This document shows positions 9,177 through 19,545 of a stretch of DNA of 64,000 nt, piece by piece. The notes beneath the pieces were generated by a model. It saw only the letters and a program-made list of their open reading frames with translations, searched no databases and was not told the origin of the DNA. Position 1 is the first letter of the stretch, and each line of letters opens with the position of its first letter. The translations under genes were made by a program, and so were the position numbers. Source of the stretch: an uncultured Chloroflexia bacterium (GTDB lineage: Bacteria > Chloroflexota > Limnocylindria > Limnocylindrales > CSP1-4); NCBI GenBank assembly GCA_963746845.1, contig CAVVCZ010000005.1:467591-531590 (forward strand). The letters are read 5' to 3'.

Positions 9177-10160
9177 ATGGTGACCGACGACTCCGTGCGC
9201 GCCACTGCGCTCACGCCAGCTCCCACTGTGGCATCCCTCGCGGATGATCGTGCCCTCCTCGAGGAGCTCGAACCCGAGGCCGCCCGCCTGTACGACCGCC
9301 ACGCGAAGGTCGCCCAGGAGTGGTTCCCCCACGACTACATCCCGTACCGGCTCGGGCGCGACTTCGACAAGGAGCCCTGGACGCCCGACCAGCCGCGGCT
9401 GACCGGCGTCGCCCAGATCAGCTTCGAGGTCAACCTCCTGACCGAGGACAACCTGCCCTCCTACCACCGCCTGATCCACGGGATGTTCGGATCCGGCGAC
9501 GGCGCGTGGATCAACTGGATCGGGCGCTGGACGGCCGAGGAGGGCCGCCACGCGATCGTCCTCCGCGACTACCTCACGGTGACCCGGAACCTCGACCCGA
9601 TCGCCCTCGAGCGCGGCCGGATGACGCAGCTCCAGCAGGGCTACGACCGCGAATCGATCGACACGCTCCGCGGCCTCGCCTATGTCGCGTTCCAGGAGCT
9701 CGCAACGCGGATCTCGCATCGGAACACGGGGCGCTACTCACAGGACCCGGTCGCCGACAAGATCATGACGAGGATCGCGGCCGACGAGAACCTCCACATG
9801 GTCTTCTACCGCGACATCCTCGCCGCGGCGCTGAAGATCCAGCCGTCGCGAGCGGTCCAGGCGATCGTCGCGGAGGTCCTCGCGTTCGAGATGCCCGGCA
9901 ACGGAATCCCCGGGTTCCTCCGGAAGGCCGCCGCGATCGCGCGGGCCGGGATCTACGACATCCGGATCCACCGCGACGAGGTCCTGCTGCCGATCCTCAA
10001 CCACTGGCGGATCTTCGAGCTGACCGGGCTCGATGCGGCCGCCGAGGACGCCCGCCGGGTCCTCGCCGAGCATCTCGACAAGCTCGAGGTCGCCGCGAAG
10101 CGGTTCGAGGAGAAGATGGCCCTGACCGGGGACCGCGAGCGACTGATCCGCGTCGGCTGA
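9177..10160 (+). CDS. Acyl-ACP desaturase (DesA1-like)
   Basis: NLLTEDNLPSYH, WTAEEGRH, QELATRISH, IAADENLH. Confidence 0.92.
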   Translation: MVTDDSVRATALTPAPTVASLADDRALLEELEPEAARLYDRHAKVAQEWFPHDYIPYRLGRDFDKEPWTPDQPRLTGVAQISFEVNLLTEDNLPSYHRLIHGMFGSGDGAWINWIGRWTAEEGRHAIVLRDYLTVTRNLDPIALERGRMTQLQQGYDRESIDTLRGLAYVAFQELATRISHRNTGRYSQDPVADKIMTRIAADENLHMVFYRDILAAALKIQPSRAVQAIVAEVLAFEMPGNGIPGFLRKAAAIARAGIYDIRIHRDEVLLPILNHWRIFELTGLDAAAEDARRVLAEHLDKLEVAAKRFEEKMALTGDRERLIRVG

Positions 10161-10232
10161 CGACAGAGGTCCGTCGACGGCCCGCCCGCCCTCGTAGGAT
10201 TGGCCGACCAGCCGATCAGACACGAGGACCTG

Positions 10233-11540
10233 ATGGCCGAACCCCTGACCATCCTGTTCATGCCCGAGTCGGCGTACGGGCCGACGAACAACTGCATCGG
10301 GATCGGCGACGTGCTCCGGCGCCGCGGGCACCGGGTCGTGTTCGCCGCGGAGGCGTCGTGGGCCGGCCGGCTCGAGCCGCTCGGGTTCGTCGAGGATCTG
10401 GTCGACCTCGCGCCGCCCCCGCCTTCGGACGCACCGGCCCAGGACGCCGGTCAGTTCTGGAAGGACTTCATCCGCGACACCGCGCCGGAGTTCCGCAAGC
10501 CGACGATCCAGCAGCTCGACACGTTCATGGTCCCGACGTGGCAGGCCCTGATCGACGGAGCGAGGTACTGCGAGCCGCACCTGCGCGAGATCATCGCCCG
10601 CCAGGGGCCGGACGTCATCGTCGAGGACAACGTCGTCGCCTTCCCGGCGCTCGAGACGGCCGGCAAGCCGTACGTCCGGATGGTGTCGTGCAATCCGCTC
10701 GAGATCCGCGGGCCGGGGATCGCGCCGACCTACTCGGGCCTGCCGGCCGATGACCCGTCGGAATGGGAAGCCTTCCGCGAGGAATATGACCGCACGCATC
10801 GGCCGACCTGGGAGGCCTTCGACGCCTGGTGCCGCGAGCATGGCACGGAGCCGCTCCCCGAGCTGGAGTTCGAGCATCCGTCGCGCGACCTGAACATTTA
10901 CGTCTACCCGCAAGTCGCCGATTACGTCGACCGCCGCCCGCTCGATCCGCGGCTGTGGCAGCGGCTGGACTCCTCGGTCCGGGCGACCGACGCCGCCTTC
11001 GAGCTCCCGGAGGCGATTGCAGACCGGCCTGCCGGGTCCGGGCTCGTCTACCTGTCGCTCGGCTCGCTCGGCAGCGCGGACGTCTCGCTGATGCGGCGGC
11101 TGGTCGAGGTCCTCGGCGACACGCCCCACCGGTACATCGTCTCCAAGGGGCCCCAGCACGCGGACTACGACCTCGCGCCGAACATGTGGGGTGCGGAGTT
11201 CCTGCCGCAGACCTCGATCATCCCGCTCGTCGACCTCGTGATCACCCACGGCGGCAACAACACGACGACCGAGGCATTCCACTTCGGCAAGCCGATGGTC
11301 GTGCTGCCGCTGTTCTGGGACCAGTACGACAACGCCCAGCGGGTCGACGAGACCGGGTTCGGGGTCCGGCTGCCGACGTACGCGTTCGAGCCGGCCGACC
11401 TGGCGGGCGCGATCGACGGCCTCCTGACCGACGGCGAGCTGCGGACGAGGATGGCCGGGATCGGGGCGGAGATCCGGGCACGGGACGGGGTCGCGAAGGC
11501 CGCGGCCGCGATCGAGTCGGTGGGGCTGGCGCACCGGTGA
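10233..11540 (+). CDS. GT1 UDP-glycosyltransferase (MGT-like)
   Basis: VYLSLGS, FLPQ, ITHGGNNT..EA...GKPMVVLPLFWDQYDNA. Confidence 0.9.
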   Translation: MAEPLTILFMPESAYGPTNNCIGIGDVLRRRGHRVVFAAEASWAGRLEPLGFVEDLVDLAPPPPSDAPAQDAGQFWKDFIRDTAPEFRKPTIQQLDTFMVPTWQALIDGARYCEPHLREIIARQGPDVIVEDNVVAFPALETAGKPYVRMVSCNPLEIRGPGIAPTYSGLPADDPSEWEAFREEYDRTHRPTWEAFDAWCREHGTEPLPELEFEHPSRDLNIYVYPQVADYVDRRPLDPRLWQRLDSSVRATDAAFELPEAIADRPAGSGLVYLSLGSLGSADVSLMRRLVEVLGDTPHRYIVSKGPQHADYDLAPNMWGAEFLPQTSIIPLVDLVITHGGNNTTTEAFHFGKPMVVLPLFWDQYDNAQRVDETGFGVRLPTYAFEPADLAGAIDGLLTDGELRTRMAGIGAEIRARDGVAKAAAAIESVGLAHR

Positions 11541-12364
11541 GTCCCGCCGCCACGGCGACACCCGTCCACGAGATGCGCGCCGTCCGCGCGACCCGCTACG
11601 TCACCGCGTTCCGCGAGGGCGGGTCGCTGCCCGGGCTCGTCGAGGCGGACGATGACGGGATGTACGTCGTGAAGTTCCGCGGCGCCGGGCAGGGCCCGCG
11701 CGTCCTCGTCGCGGAGTGGCTCGCCGGCGAGATCGCCCGCGCGCTCGGGCTGCTCGTCCCGGACATCGTCTCCGTCGATCTCGTCAAGGCGATCGCGGAC
11801 CCCGAGCCCGACCCGGAGATCCACGACCTGCTCGTCGCGAGCGTTGGGCGCAACATCGGCCTCGACTTCCTGCCGGGCTCGCTGACCTTCAACCCGGCGG
11901 TCGACCGGGTGGCCGATCCGGACTGGGCGGCCGCGGTGGTCTGGCTCGACGGGCTGGTGACGAACCCCGATCGCTCGCCGAAGAACCCGAACCTGCTGAC
12001 CTGGGGCGGCCGGACCTGGCTGATCGACCACGGGGCGTCCCTGTACATCCACCACACCTGGCGCGCTCCATCCGCGCACGCGCGTCGGCCGCACGCCGAG
12101 CGGCTGTCCGACCACGTCCTGCTGCCGTTCGCGTCGTCGATCGCCGACACCGATGCCCGTCTGGCTTCGCTGCTGACGGCCGAGCTGCTGGAGTCGCTGG
12201 TCGCGGCCATCCCCGATGACTGGCTGGCGCCGGATCCGGTGATCGGGTCCGCCGCCGATCAGCGGCTGGCATACGTCGCCTACCTCCGAGGCCGGTTGGA
12301 GGCGCCGCGGCCGTTCGTCGAGGACGCCGATCGCCTCCGCCTCGCCGCCGGGGCAGCTGCGTGA
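11537..12364 (+). CDS. HipA-like kinase (HipA_2 type)
   Basis: REGGSLPGLVEADDDGMYVVKFRGAGQG, LVTNPDRSPKNPNLL, WLIDHG; GTG overlaps upstream stop. Confidence 0.88.
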   Translation: MSPAATATPVHEMRAVRATRYVTAFREGGSLPGLVEADDDGMYVVKFRGAGQGPRVLVAEWLAGEIARALGLLVPDIVSVDLVKAIADPEPDPEIHDLLVASVGRNIGLDFLPGSLTFNPAVDRVADPDWAAAVVWLDGLVTNPDRSPKNPNLLTWGGRTWLIDHGASLYIHHTWRAPSAHARRPHAERLSDHVLLPFASSIADTDARLASLLTAELLESLVAAIPDDWLAPDPVIGSAADQRLAYVAYLRGRLEAPRPFVEDADRLRLAAGAAA

Positions 12365-12744
12365 TGGCCGGCCACTCGTTCCAGTACGCCATCGTCCGCA
12401 TCGTCCCGCGGGTCGAGCGGGGCGAGACGCTGAATGCCGGCGTGATCCTCCTCTGCCGGCCGAAGCGGTTCCTCGCCGCCCGCGTTGCGCTCGACGCGGA
12501 CCGCCTGCGGGCGATCGCGCCGGAGGTCGACCCGGCGACGATCGAGACGCACCTCGCAGGCATTCAGCGGATCGCCGCCGGAGATGCCGCCGGCGGCCCG
12601 ATCGCGGCGCTCGGCCAGGCGGAGCGGTTCCACTGGCTCGTCGCCCCGTCCTCGACCGTGATCCAGCCGTCCGAGGTCCACACCGGGGTCTGCGACGACC
12701 CCGCCGACGAGCTCGACCACCTGTTCGACCGCCTCGTCCGCTGA
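12361..12744 (+). CDS. DUF3037 domain protein
   Basis: FQYAIVRIVPRVERGETLNAGVIL, ERFHWLVAPSSTVIQPS.VHTG. Confidence 0.9.
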   Translation: MMAGHSFQYAIVRIVPRVERGETLNAGVILLCRPKRFLAARVALDADRLRAIAPEVDPATIETHLAGIQRIAAGDAAGGPIAALGQAERFHWLVAPSSTVIQPSEVHTGVCDDPADELDHLFDRLVR

Positions 12745-12942
12745 GGCTGGCGCGATCCGGCCTGCCCGGCGGCCGGCTGCCGGAGGGATGACCCGGCGCC
12801 GGCACCTGGCGCATTGAAGGTGCGGTCACGGCCGCCGTTCCAGCCTCGACGCCAGCGCTCGATCACGGACCAAGAGTGGGCCGTTGCCAGTACGGCTGGT
12901 CGATGGCCCGGTCGGGGCGCCGTTCGTACGGTCGGCGGCGCG

Positions 12943-13719
12943 ATGGATGCCGCCTCTCCGACCACGACCCCGGTGCCGGCCGCGACCTCGGTGGATGCGC
13001 CGGTCTTTGCCCGGATCGGCGCGCCGCGCTGGACGGCGCTCATCGTCGCGGCGGCGATCGGGTTCGCCGCGCTCGGGATCGGGTCGAGCCGCCTTCCTCC
13101 GTCCGCAGCGCCGGCCGCGACCCTCGTCACGGCGACTGCGACGACGGTGACCCACCTCGGCCGCGCGTCCGTCGCCCGCCCGGGGAACGACCTGGCGGCG
13201 GGCGACACGGTCACCGTTGGCGGCGCGGGTTCGGCCACGGTCGTTCTGGGCGACGGGGAGGCCCGTCTGGCACCCGGGGCCGTGATCCGGATCGACGAGC
13301 TGGACGCGGACGGCATCGCCCTCGAGCAGCTCGAGGGACACGTCTACCACCGGATCGCCCCGGCCGCCGGGCCCTACGTGGTCCGGACCGGCTCGGTGTC
13401 GTGGGCGGCACGCGGCACCGCGTTCGACCTCGATCGGAAGCCGGTCGTCGGGACGACGCTCGAGCAGGTCACCGCGATCGCGGTCGCCGGTTCGATCCTC
13501 CTCCACGAGCCGACCGTCGACGGAACGCTCGTCGAGGGTCGGCAGGCGATCGTCCGGATCGGCACCGAGTCCCCGGAGATCACGACGGCCGAGGTGCCGG
13601 ACGGCTGGCTCGGCAACCCGTGGGTGATCGAGAACGCCGCACGGGATGAGGCGGAGGGGGCGGACCCCGGCATCCTTGCGCCGTTGCGCCGCGACGTCAG
13701 GGCGAGCCCGGGCCGGTAG
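12943..13719 (+). CDS. Membrane-anchored FecR-like domain protein
   Basis: N-terminal TM; GDTVTVG..GSATVVLGDG, YVVRTGSVSWAARGTAF. Confidence 0.65.
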   Translation: MDAASPTTTPVPAATSVDAPVFARIGAPRWTALIVAAAIGFAALGIGSSRLPPSAAPAATLVTATATTVTHLGRASVARPGNDLAAGDTVTVGGAGSATVVLGDGEARLAPGAVIRIDELDADGIALEQLEGHVYHRIAPAAGPYVVRTGSVSWAARGTAFDLDRKPVVGTTLEQVTAIAVAGSILLHEPTVDGTLVEGRQAIVRIGTESPEITTAEVPDGWLGNPWVIENAARDEAEGADPGILAPLRRDVRASPGR

Positions 13720-13737
13720 CCTCCCGCCGCTCCTCCC

Positions 13738-14514
13738 CTACTCCCCGCCGAACCGCGGCGGCCGTCGCTCGAGGAACGCCGCGATGCCCTCCGCGTGGTC
13801 CGCTGTCGCACCGGCCAGACCCTGGAGCTCCGCCTCTCGTTCGAGCTGCTCCTCGAGGGTCGCGTCCCAGCTTCGCTCGAGGGCGTCCTTCGTGAGGGCG
13901 AGGGCGACGGGCGCACCGGCGGCCAGCCGCGCGGCCAGCGCCTGCGATTCCGCGAGCAGGTCGGCCGCCGGCACGACTCGCGCGACCAGCCCGAACCGCT
14001 CGGCGTCGACCGCCGAGAGCGGATCCGTCGTCAGAACCAGCTCGGCGGCCTTCGCACCCCCGACCAGCCGTGGCAGGAGCCACGTCGCCCCCGTGTCCGG
14101 GATCAGCCCGACCCGCCCGAAGGCGAGGATGAACGACGCGCCTTCGGACGCGATCCGGATGTCGCAAGCGAGGGCCACTGACGCTCCGGCGCCCGCCGCG
14201 ACCCCGTTGATCGCGCCGACGATCGGCTTGCCGAGGCGGCGCATTGCGAGGACGAGCGGGTTGTAGCGCGTCCTGATCTCGTCCGCGAGGGGCAGCGTGT
14301 CGGGCTCGAGCCGCTCGCGCAGATCCTGGCCGGCGCAGAACGCGCGCCCGGCCCCGGTGAGGACGACCGCCCGGACGGAGCCCTCGCCGGCGAAGCCCTC
14401 GAAGGTCGCCCGGAGCGCCTCCTTGAGCGGGACGGTCAGCGCGTTGAGAGCATCGGGGCGATCGAGCGTGACCGTCGCGACGCCATCGACGACGTCGACG
14501 CGGAGGTCCGTCAC
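13738..14514 (-). CDS. paaG: Enoyl-CoA isomerase (PaaG-like)
   Basis: AFCAGQDL, YNPLV, AAGAG, GLIPDTG (Asp-type active site). Confidence 0.8.
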   Translation of the reverse strand: MTDLRVDVVDGVATVTLDRPDALNALTVPLKEALRATFEGFAGEGSVRAVVLTGAGRAFCAGQDLRERLEPDTLPLADEIRTRYNPLVLAMRRLGKPIVGAINGVAAGAGASVALACDIRIASEGASFILAFGRVGLIPDTGATWLLPRLVGGAKAAELVLTTDPLSAVDAERFGLVARVVPAADLLAESQALAARLAAGAPVALALTKDALERSWDATLEEQLEREAELQGLAGATADHAEGIAAFLERRPPRFGGE

Positions 14515-14563
14515 CGGTCGTGGCGGCCGCGTGCGCGCCGTCGAGCCGTCGGACCCGGTTCCG

Positions 14564-15364
14564 TCAGGCAGGCGTCGCGAGGCCTGCGGCCTCGACCAGC
14601 CGCCCGTCGACGAGCTCGAACACCCGCCGGTCGACCGGCTCGTCGGCCCCACCGGACGCCTCGAGGACGAAGTCGACGAACAGGCCCGCGAACTCCGGGT
14701 CGGTCGAGCGAAGGGCGCCCGCGACGAGCAGGTGCCGCTCCGGCAGCCCGATCAGGACGCGCCCAGCGCCGCCGAGCTCCGACCCGAGCTTCTCGACGAC
14801 GTCGGGCAGCAGGATCCGCGCCGCGTCCCAGCCGTCGCCGGTGTCGCTCGAGATCAGGCGCCGCTCGCCGGAGACCTCGTCGGTCCACGGTGCGGTCGCC
14901 GACCACGTCGCGAGGTTCGCCAGCGCCGCCTCCTGGATCGCCCCGGTGGTCACCCCCCACGACAGCAGGTGGTCGCCGTTGACGATCACGTCGAAGCCGC
15001 CCGCGTGGAGGACGTAGACCACCGCGAGCCCGCCGGGCCCGTCGTCGACGAGTGGCTGGGAGTGGCTGCGCGCCGCGTCGGCCGCCAGCGCGTCGGGGTC
15101 CAGGTCCGCGACCCGCAGCCCCTGGGCACCGGGCGGCCGGAGGGCCGGAAAGATGATCGCCGAGGCGGCGTCCCAGCTCTGCTCGGGGGAATCCGCGATC
15201 GAGGTCGTCGACTCCGGCGCCGGCTGGTGGCCCGATACGGGCGACGACGCGTCGATCGGGGAGAGGAAGTCCGGCGCGGTGTCGCGGATGCTCCCCGGCG
15301 GCTCGTCCCCGAGATCCCGGGTGTCCGCGCCGTAGTCGCTGGCCTCGTTGGGCTCACGTTCCAT
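14564..15364 (-). CDS. DUF1444-like protein
   Basis: IFPALR, LAVVYVL, WGVT..AIQEAALANL, DGWDAARILLP, LIGLPERHLL. Confidence 0.65.
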   Translation of the reverse strand: MEREPNEASDYGADTRDLGDEPPGSIRDTAPDFLSPIDASSPVSGHQPAPESTTSIADSPEQSWDAASAIIFPALRPPGAQGLRVADLDPDALAADAARSHSQPLVDDGPGGLAVVYVLHAGGFDVIVNGDHLLSWGVTTGAIQEAALANLATWSATAPWTDEVSGERRLISSDTGDGWDAARILLPDVVEKLGSELGGAGRVLIGLPERHLLVAGALRSTDPEFAGLFVDFVLEASGGADEPVDRRVFELVDGRLVEAAGLATPA

Positions 15365-15367
15365 CGG

Positions 15368-16208
15368 TCAGCGTCCCTTCCACTCCGGTCGGCGCTTCTC
15401 GACGAAGGCCGCCATCCCTTCTGTTTGGTCCTCGGTCGCGAACAGGGCGAAGAACGCGCGACGCTCGTGCAGGAGGCCGGCCGACATGGGCAGCTCCTCC
15501 GCGAGCCGGACGGCCTCCTTGGCCGCCAGGATGGCGACCGGCGCCTGGGCGGCGATCGCCGAGGCCAGCGCGAGCGCCGCCGGGACGGTCTCCTCGGCCG
15601 GGACGACGCGGCTGACGAGCCCCATCGACTCGGCCTCGCGGGCGCTGATCGTCCGTCCGGTCAGGATCAGGTCCATCGCCCGGGCCCGGCCGATCGCCCG
15701 GGTCAGCCGCTGGGTCCCCCCCGCGCCGGGCATGACGCCGAGGTTGATCTCGGGCTGCCCGAACCGTGCGTCCTCCCCGGCCACGATCAGATCGGAGCTC
15801 AGGGCGAGCTCGCAGCCGCCACCGAGGGCGAACCCGCGGACCGCGGCGACGACGGGCTTGCGAACGGCCGCGATCCGCTCCCAGACGGCGAACCGGTCCT
15901 CGACGAGGAGCGTGACCGGGGTCTGCCGGCCCAGCTCGCGGATGTCGGCGCCCGCGGCGAACGCCCGATCGCCCGAGCCGGTGAGGACGATCGCCCGACA
16001 GACCGGGTCCCGATCGAGAGTGCGCGAAGGCGTCGGCAATCGCATCTAGCAGGTCGAAGCTCAGGGCGTTGAGGACCTGCGGACGCTGGATCGTGACCAG
16101 TGCGACGCCGTCGAGCGGACCGTCCGCGCCGACCGCGGGAATGGCGACGCTCACGAGCCGGTCGTCGGCCGGCTGATCCGTGGCGGTCGGCGAGGTCTGG
16201 GTCAACAC
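15368..16208 (-). CDS. paaF: Enoyl-CoA hydratase (PaaF-like), with frameshift near 16020
   Basis: N-terminal ALVTIQRPQVLNALS in one frame; AFAAGADI, ALGGGCE, GQPEINLG in the next; GGAGGGAG RBS before GTG 16208. Confidence 0.8.
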
Positions 16209-16281
16209 GCTCCCTCCGTCGACGCCCACAGTACCAGCGCGCGGGGCCGAACGAAACAGCCCGGATCGTGTCGGCCGGTTG

Positions 16282-16605
16282 TCAGGCGCCGGGGTCGGAG
16301 TCCTCGAGGACGAGCAGCGTCGAGAGCCCCGGGGCGATCTCGCGCAGGTTCCGGCCGGCCTGGCGCATCGCGTCGGAGGCCAACCCGGCATCGAGCGCGG
16401 CGCGGTCGTCGAAGTCCATCGCGGTGATGATCACGAGGTCCGTCTCGGCGCCGAGCGCCGCCTCGACCCGCTGGACGCGGGTCGCCTGGAGGCCCGGCGT
16501 CTGCGCCACGAGCGGCAGGTGCTCCGCGTGGTATCGGCTCAGGAACGTCGCGAGGGCGGCCTCGCCACCGTCGGGCCGGCGGAACAGCGCGAGCAGGGTC
16601 GTCAT
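16282..16605 (-). CDS. EthD-family protein
   Basis: LLALFRRP...YHAEHLPLVAQTPGL, MDFDDRAAL. Confidence 0.8.
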   Translation of the reverse strand: MTTLLALFRRPDGGEAALATFLSRYHAEHLPLVAQTPGLQATRVQRVEAALGAETDLVIITAMDFDDRAALDAGLASDAMRQAGRNLREIAPGLSTLLVLEDSDPGA

Positions 16606-17414
16606 GCGGTCTCCTCGTGGCCGGTGGTCGCGCCGCGGGTGGCACGGTCGCGGGCGATCGGTTCGGTCGTGCGGAGGAACCCGCTGACCGCCTCGTTGAA
16701 CAGCGCGGGCTTGCGGGACATGACCTCGTGCCCGCAGTCCGGGGCGACGAACAGCCGCCCGTCGCCGAGATGCCGGCGCAACCCGTCCGCGTGCTCGATC
16801 GGGACGAACGGATCGCGATCGCCGCAGACGACGAGGCTCGGAGCGTCGATCCCGCGCAGGTCACGAGGCGTCAGGAGCGGCTGGCTCCCGATGTCGGCGG
16901 CGATCGCCGGCAGGAGCCGGCGCCAGGCCCCGACGCCCTGGCCCTCGTCATGACGGCGGCCGAGCAGCGCCGCCCAGGCCGGGTCCTCGCGATCCGCCCG
17001 GTCCGGATCCATCAGCCGGCGCCCGACCGACGTCCTCGGCTCGCGCTCGCTCGTGATCCCGACGATGGTCATCGTCCGGAGCCGCTCCGGGTGCCGGGCC
17101 GCGAACATCAGCGCGGTCATCGCGCCCATCGAGAAGCCGATGACATGGAACGTCTCGAGCGCCAAGGTGTCCGCGAACGCCGTCAGGTCGTCGACGAGCC
17201 AGTCGTACCGGAAGCCGTTCGTCACGTCCCAGCGGGTGAGCCCGTGTCCGCGCGCGTCGGGCACGAAGCACGTGAACGCCTTCCGGAGGAGCGGGATCTG
17301 CGCGGCGAAGTCCTCGCGCCCGAGTGACGTCGCGCCATGGAGCAGGAGCAATGGGGGGCCGGCGCCATGGACCTCGTAGGCGATGTCGAGGCCGTTCGCC
17401 CGGATCGTCGGCAC
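16602..17414 (-). CDS. Alpha/beta hydrolase
   Basis: LLLLHG, DARGHG, GFSMG nucleophile elbow, GDRD, GH. Confidence 0.9.
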   Translation of the reverse strand: MPTIRANGLDIAYEVHGAGPPLLLLHGATSLGREDFAAQIPLLRKAFTCFVPDARGHGLTRWDVTNGFRYDWLVDDLTAFADTLALETFHVIGFSMGAMTALMFAARHPERLRTMTIVGITSEREPRTSVGRRLMDPDRADREDPAWAALLGRRHDEGQGVGAWRRLLPAIAADIGSQPLLTPRDLRGIDAPSLVVCGDRDPFVPIEHADGLRRHLGDGRLFVAPDCGHEVMSRKPALFNEAVSGFLRTTEPIARDRATRGATTGHEETA

Positions 17415-17505
17415 GCGGATGGCTCCTCCCGGTGGATGGTGGGAAGAGAGTCTAGGACTGCGCTCAGCAAGCCGATCCCCTGACCCCGCCGCCTACAATC
17501 CGGGG

Positions 17506-18927
17506 ATGACCCCCGAGCCGACCTCGGCCACCCGCATCGAGCGCGATTCGATGGGCGAGATGGACGTTCCCGCGGACGCGCTGTACGGCGCGTCGACCCA
17601 GCGGGCCGTCCTGAACTTCCCGATCTCCGGCCAGCGATTCCCGCGCGCGTTCATCCGGGCCCTCGCCCTCATCAAGCAGGCCGCGGCCGAGACCAATGGC
17701 CAGCTCGGCCTGCTCGAGCCGGACGTGGCCGCTGCGATCGCGGCCGCCGCCGCCGAGGTCGCCGATGGTGGCTACGACGAGCAGTTCCCGATCGACATCT
17801 ACCAGACCGGCTCCGGCACGTCGACGAACACGAACATGAACGAGGTCGTGGCGCACCTGGCGACGGAGCGACTGGCCGCGTCCGGCAACGCGACGAAGGT
17901 CCACCCGAACGACCACGTCAACAAGTGCCAGTCCTCGAACGACACGATCCCGACGGCGCTCCAGCTGTCGGGAGCGACGGAGATCCAGGAGCGGCTGCTT
18001 CCCGCGCTCGACCGCCTGCACGGCGCGCTCGACGCGAAGGCGGATGAGCTGTGGCCGGTCGTGAAGACGGGGCGGACGCACCTCCAGGACGCGACCCCGA
18101 TCCGGCTCGGCCAGGAGTTCCGCGGCTATGCGGGCCAGGTCGAGGAGTCGATCCGCCGGGCACGGGCCGCACAGGCCGAGCTGCTGTCGGTGCCGCTCGG
18201 GGGCACGGCCGTCGGGACCGGGATCAACGCCCATCCGGCGTTCGCCGCGGCAGCCACGCGCCGGCTGTCCGGGCTGACCGGCCTCGAGGTCCGCGAGACC
18301 GACAACCACTTCCACGCCCAGGCGTCGCTCGACGCGGCGATCGCGGCCCACGGCGCGATCCGGACGATCGCCCTGTCGCTCTGGAAGATCGCGTCCGACC
18401 TCCGCCTGCTCGCGATGGGCCCACGGGCCGGCATCGCCGAGATCGCGCTGCCGGAGACCCAGCCCGGGTCGTCGATCATGCCCGGCAAGGTCAACCCGGT
18501 GATCCTCGAGAGCCTGACGATGGTCGTGGCCCGGGTCGTCGGCAATGACGCGACCGTCGCGTTCGGGCAGACCGGCTCGTTCCTCGAGCTGAACGTCATG
18601 CTGCCGGTCACCGCGGCCGCGCTGCTCGAGTCGATCACGCTCCTCGGAGCGGCGGCCGGCAACGTCGCGGAGCGCGCGGTGACCGGGCTGACGGCCACGG
18701 AGCGTGGGCCGGCCCTCGTCGAGCAGGGCCTGATGCTCGCGACGGCGCTCGCCCCGGAGATCGGCTACGACGCGGCGGCCGCCCTCGCCAAGGAGGCATT
18801 CAAGACCGGTCGCACGATCCGCGAGCTGGCCACGGAGCGCGGCATCGCCGCGGACCGCCTCGACGAGCTGCTCGATCCCGCGGCGATGACCGAGCCGGGC
18901 CTCGGCGGCGGTCCCGCGGGAGGCTGA
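17506..18927 (+). CDS. fumC: Class II fumarate hydratase
   Basis: RIERDSMG, QTGSGTSTN, GRTHLQDATP, GSSIMPGKVNP. Confidence 0.93.
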   Translation: MTPEPTSATRIERDSMGEMDVPADALYGASTQRAVLNFPISGQRFPRAFIRALALIKQAAAETNGQLGLLEPDVAAAIAAAAAEVADGGYDEQFPIDIYQTGSGTSTNTNMNEVVAHLATERLAASGNATKVHPNDHVNKCQSSNDTIPTALQLSGATEIQERLLPALDRLHGALDAKADELWPVVKTGRTHLQDATPIRLGQEFRGYAGQVEESIRRARAAQAELLSVPLGGTAVGTGINAHPAFAAAATRRLSGLTGLEVRETDNHFHAQASLDAAIAAHGAIRTIALSLWKIASDLRLLAMGPRAGIAEIALPETQPGSSIMPGKVNPVILESLTMVVARVVGNDATVAFGQTGSFLELNVMLPVTAAALLESITLLGAAAGNVAERAVTGLTATERGPALVEQGLMLATALAPEIGYDAAAALAKEAFKTGRTIRELATERGIAADRLDELLDPAAMTEPGLGGGPAGG

Positions 18928-18951
18928 CCTCCGGGCCGGACGCGAGCCCGA

Positions 18952-19527
18952 TCAGCCGCCGCACCCCCGGGCGACGCGGGGCGGGATCAGCCCGATCTCG
19001 CCGAGCGGAACCGGCTGTGGTCCCTTCGTGATCCGGTTCGGCAACACGGTCAGGACGCCCCGGTCATCGACCTCGATGGCCAGCCGATCCATCCCACGAT
19101 CGGCCGGTCCGAGACCCGCGGCCTTGATCCCGTGCCCGTCGTAGCGCGACTGATGGCACGGGCAGTGGAACCAGAAGTCCTCGACGCACGGGTTCGGCCG
19201 GCAGCCGAGGTGCGGGCAGACCTGCGAGAGGACACGCACGTTCAGTGCCGTGCCGTCCCCGCTCGGGTCGATCCCGGCCTGCCAGGGCCGGCCGGGATCC
19301 AGGGTCAGGACGAAGGCCCGGGCGTCGGCGACGTACACGGGGAACCCGTCGCGGACCGGCAGGGCCGGGTTGGCCGCCACGAGATCGCCGAGGGTCCCGA
19401 CCCGGACGCGGATCGCCGCGGCGGACGATGACGGCCAGAGGAACCCGAGGGAGCCCGCGAGGCCCTCGATCGCGACCACCCCCATTCCTGCGCCGAGCGA
19501 TCGGCGGAGCAGCGTCCGCCGCGACAT
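18952..19527 (-). CDS. Tat-signal Rieske [2Fe-2S] protein
   Basis: MSRRTLL Tat motif; CPHLGC and CPCHQS boxes. Confidence 0.88.
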   Translation of the reverse strand: MSRRTLLRRSLGAGMGVVAIEGLAGSLGFLWPSSSAAAIRVRVGTLGDLVAANPALPVRDGFPVYVADARAFVLTLDPGRPWQAGIDPSGDGTALNVRVLSQVCPHLGCRPNPCVEDFWFHCPCHQSRYDGHGIKAAGLGPADRGMDRLAIEVDDRGVLTVLPNRITKGPQPVPLGEIGLIPPRVARGCGG

Positions 19528-19545
19528 CGGGGCCATCGTGCCGGC

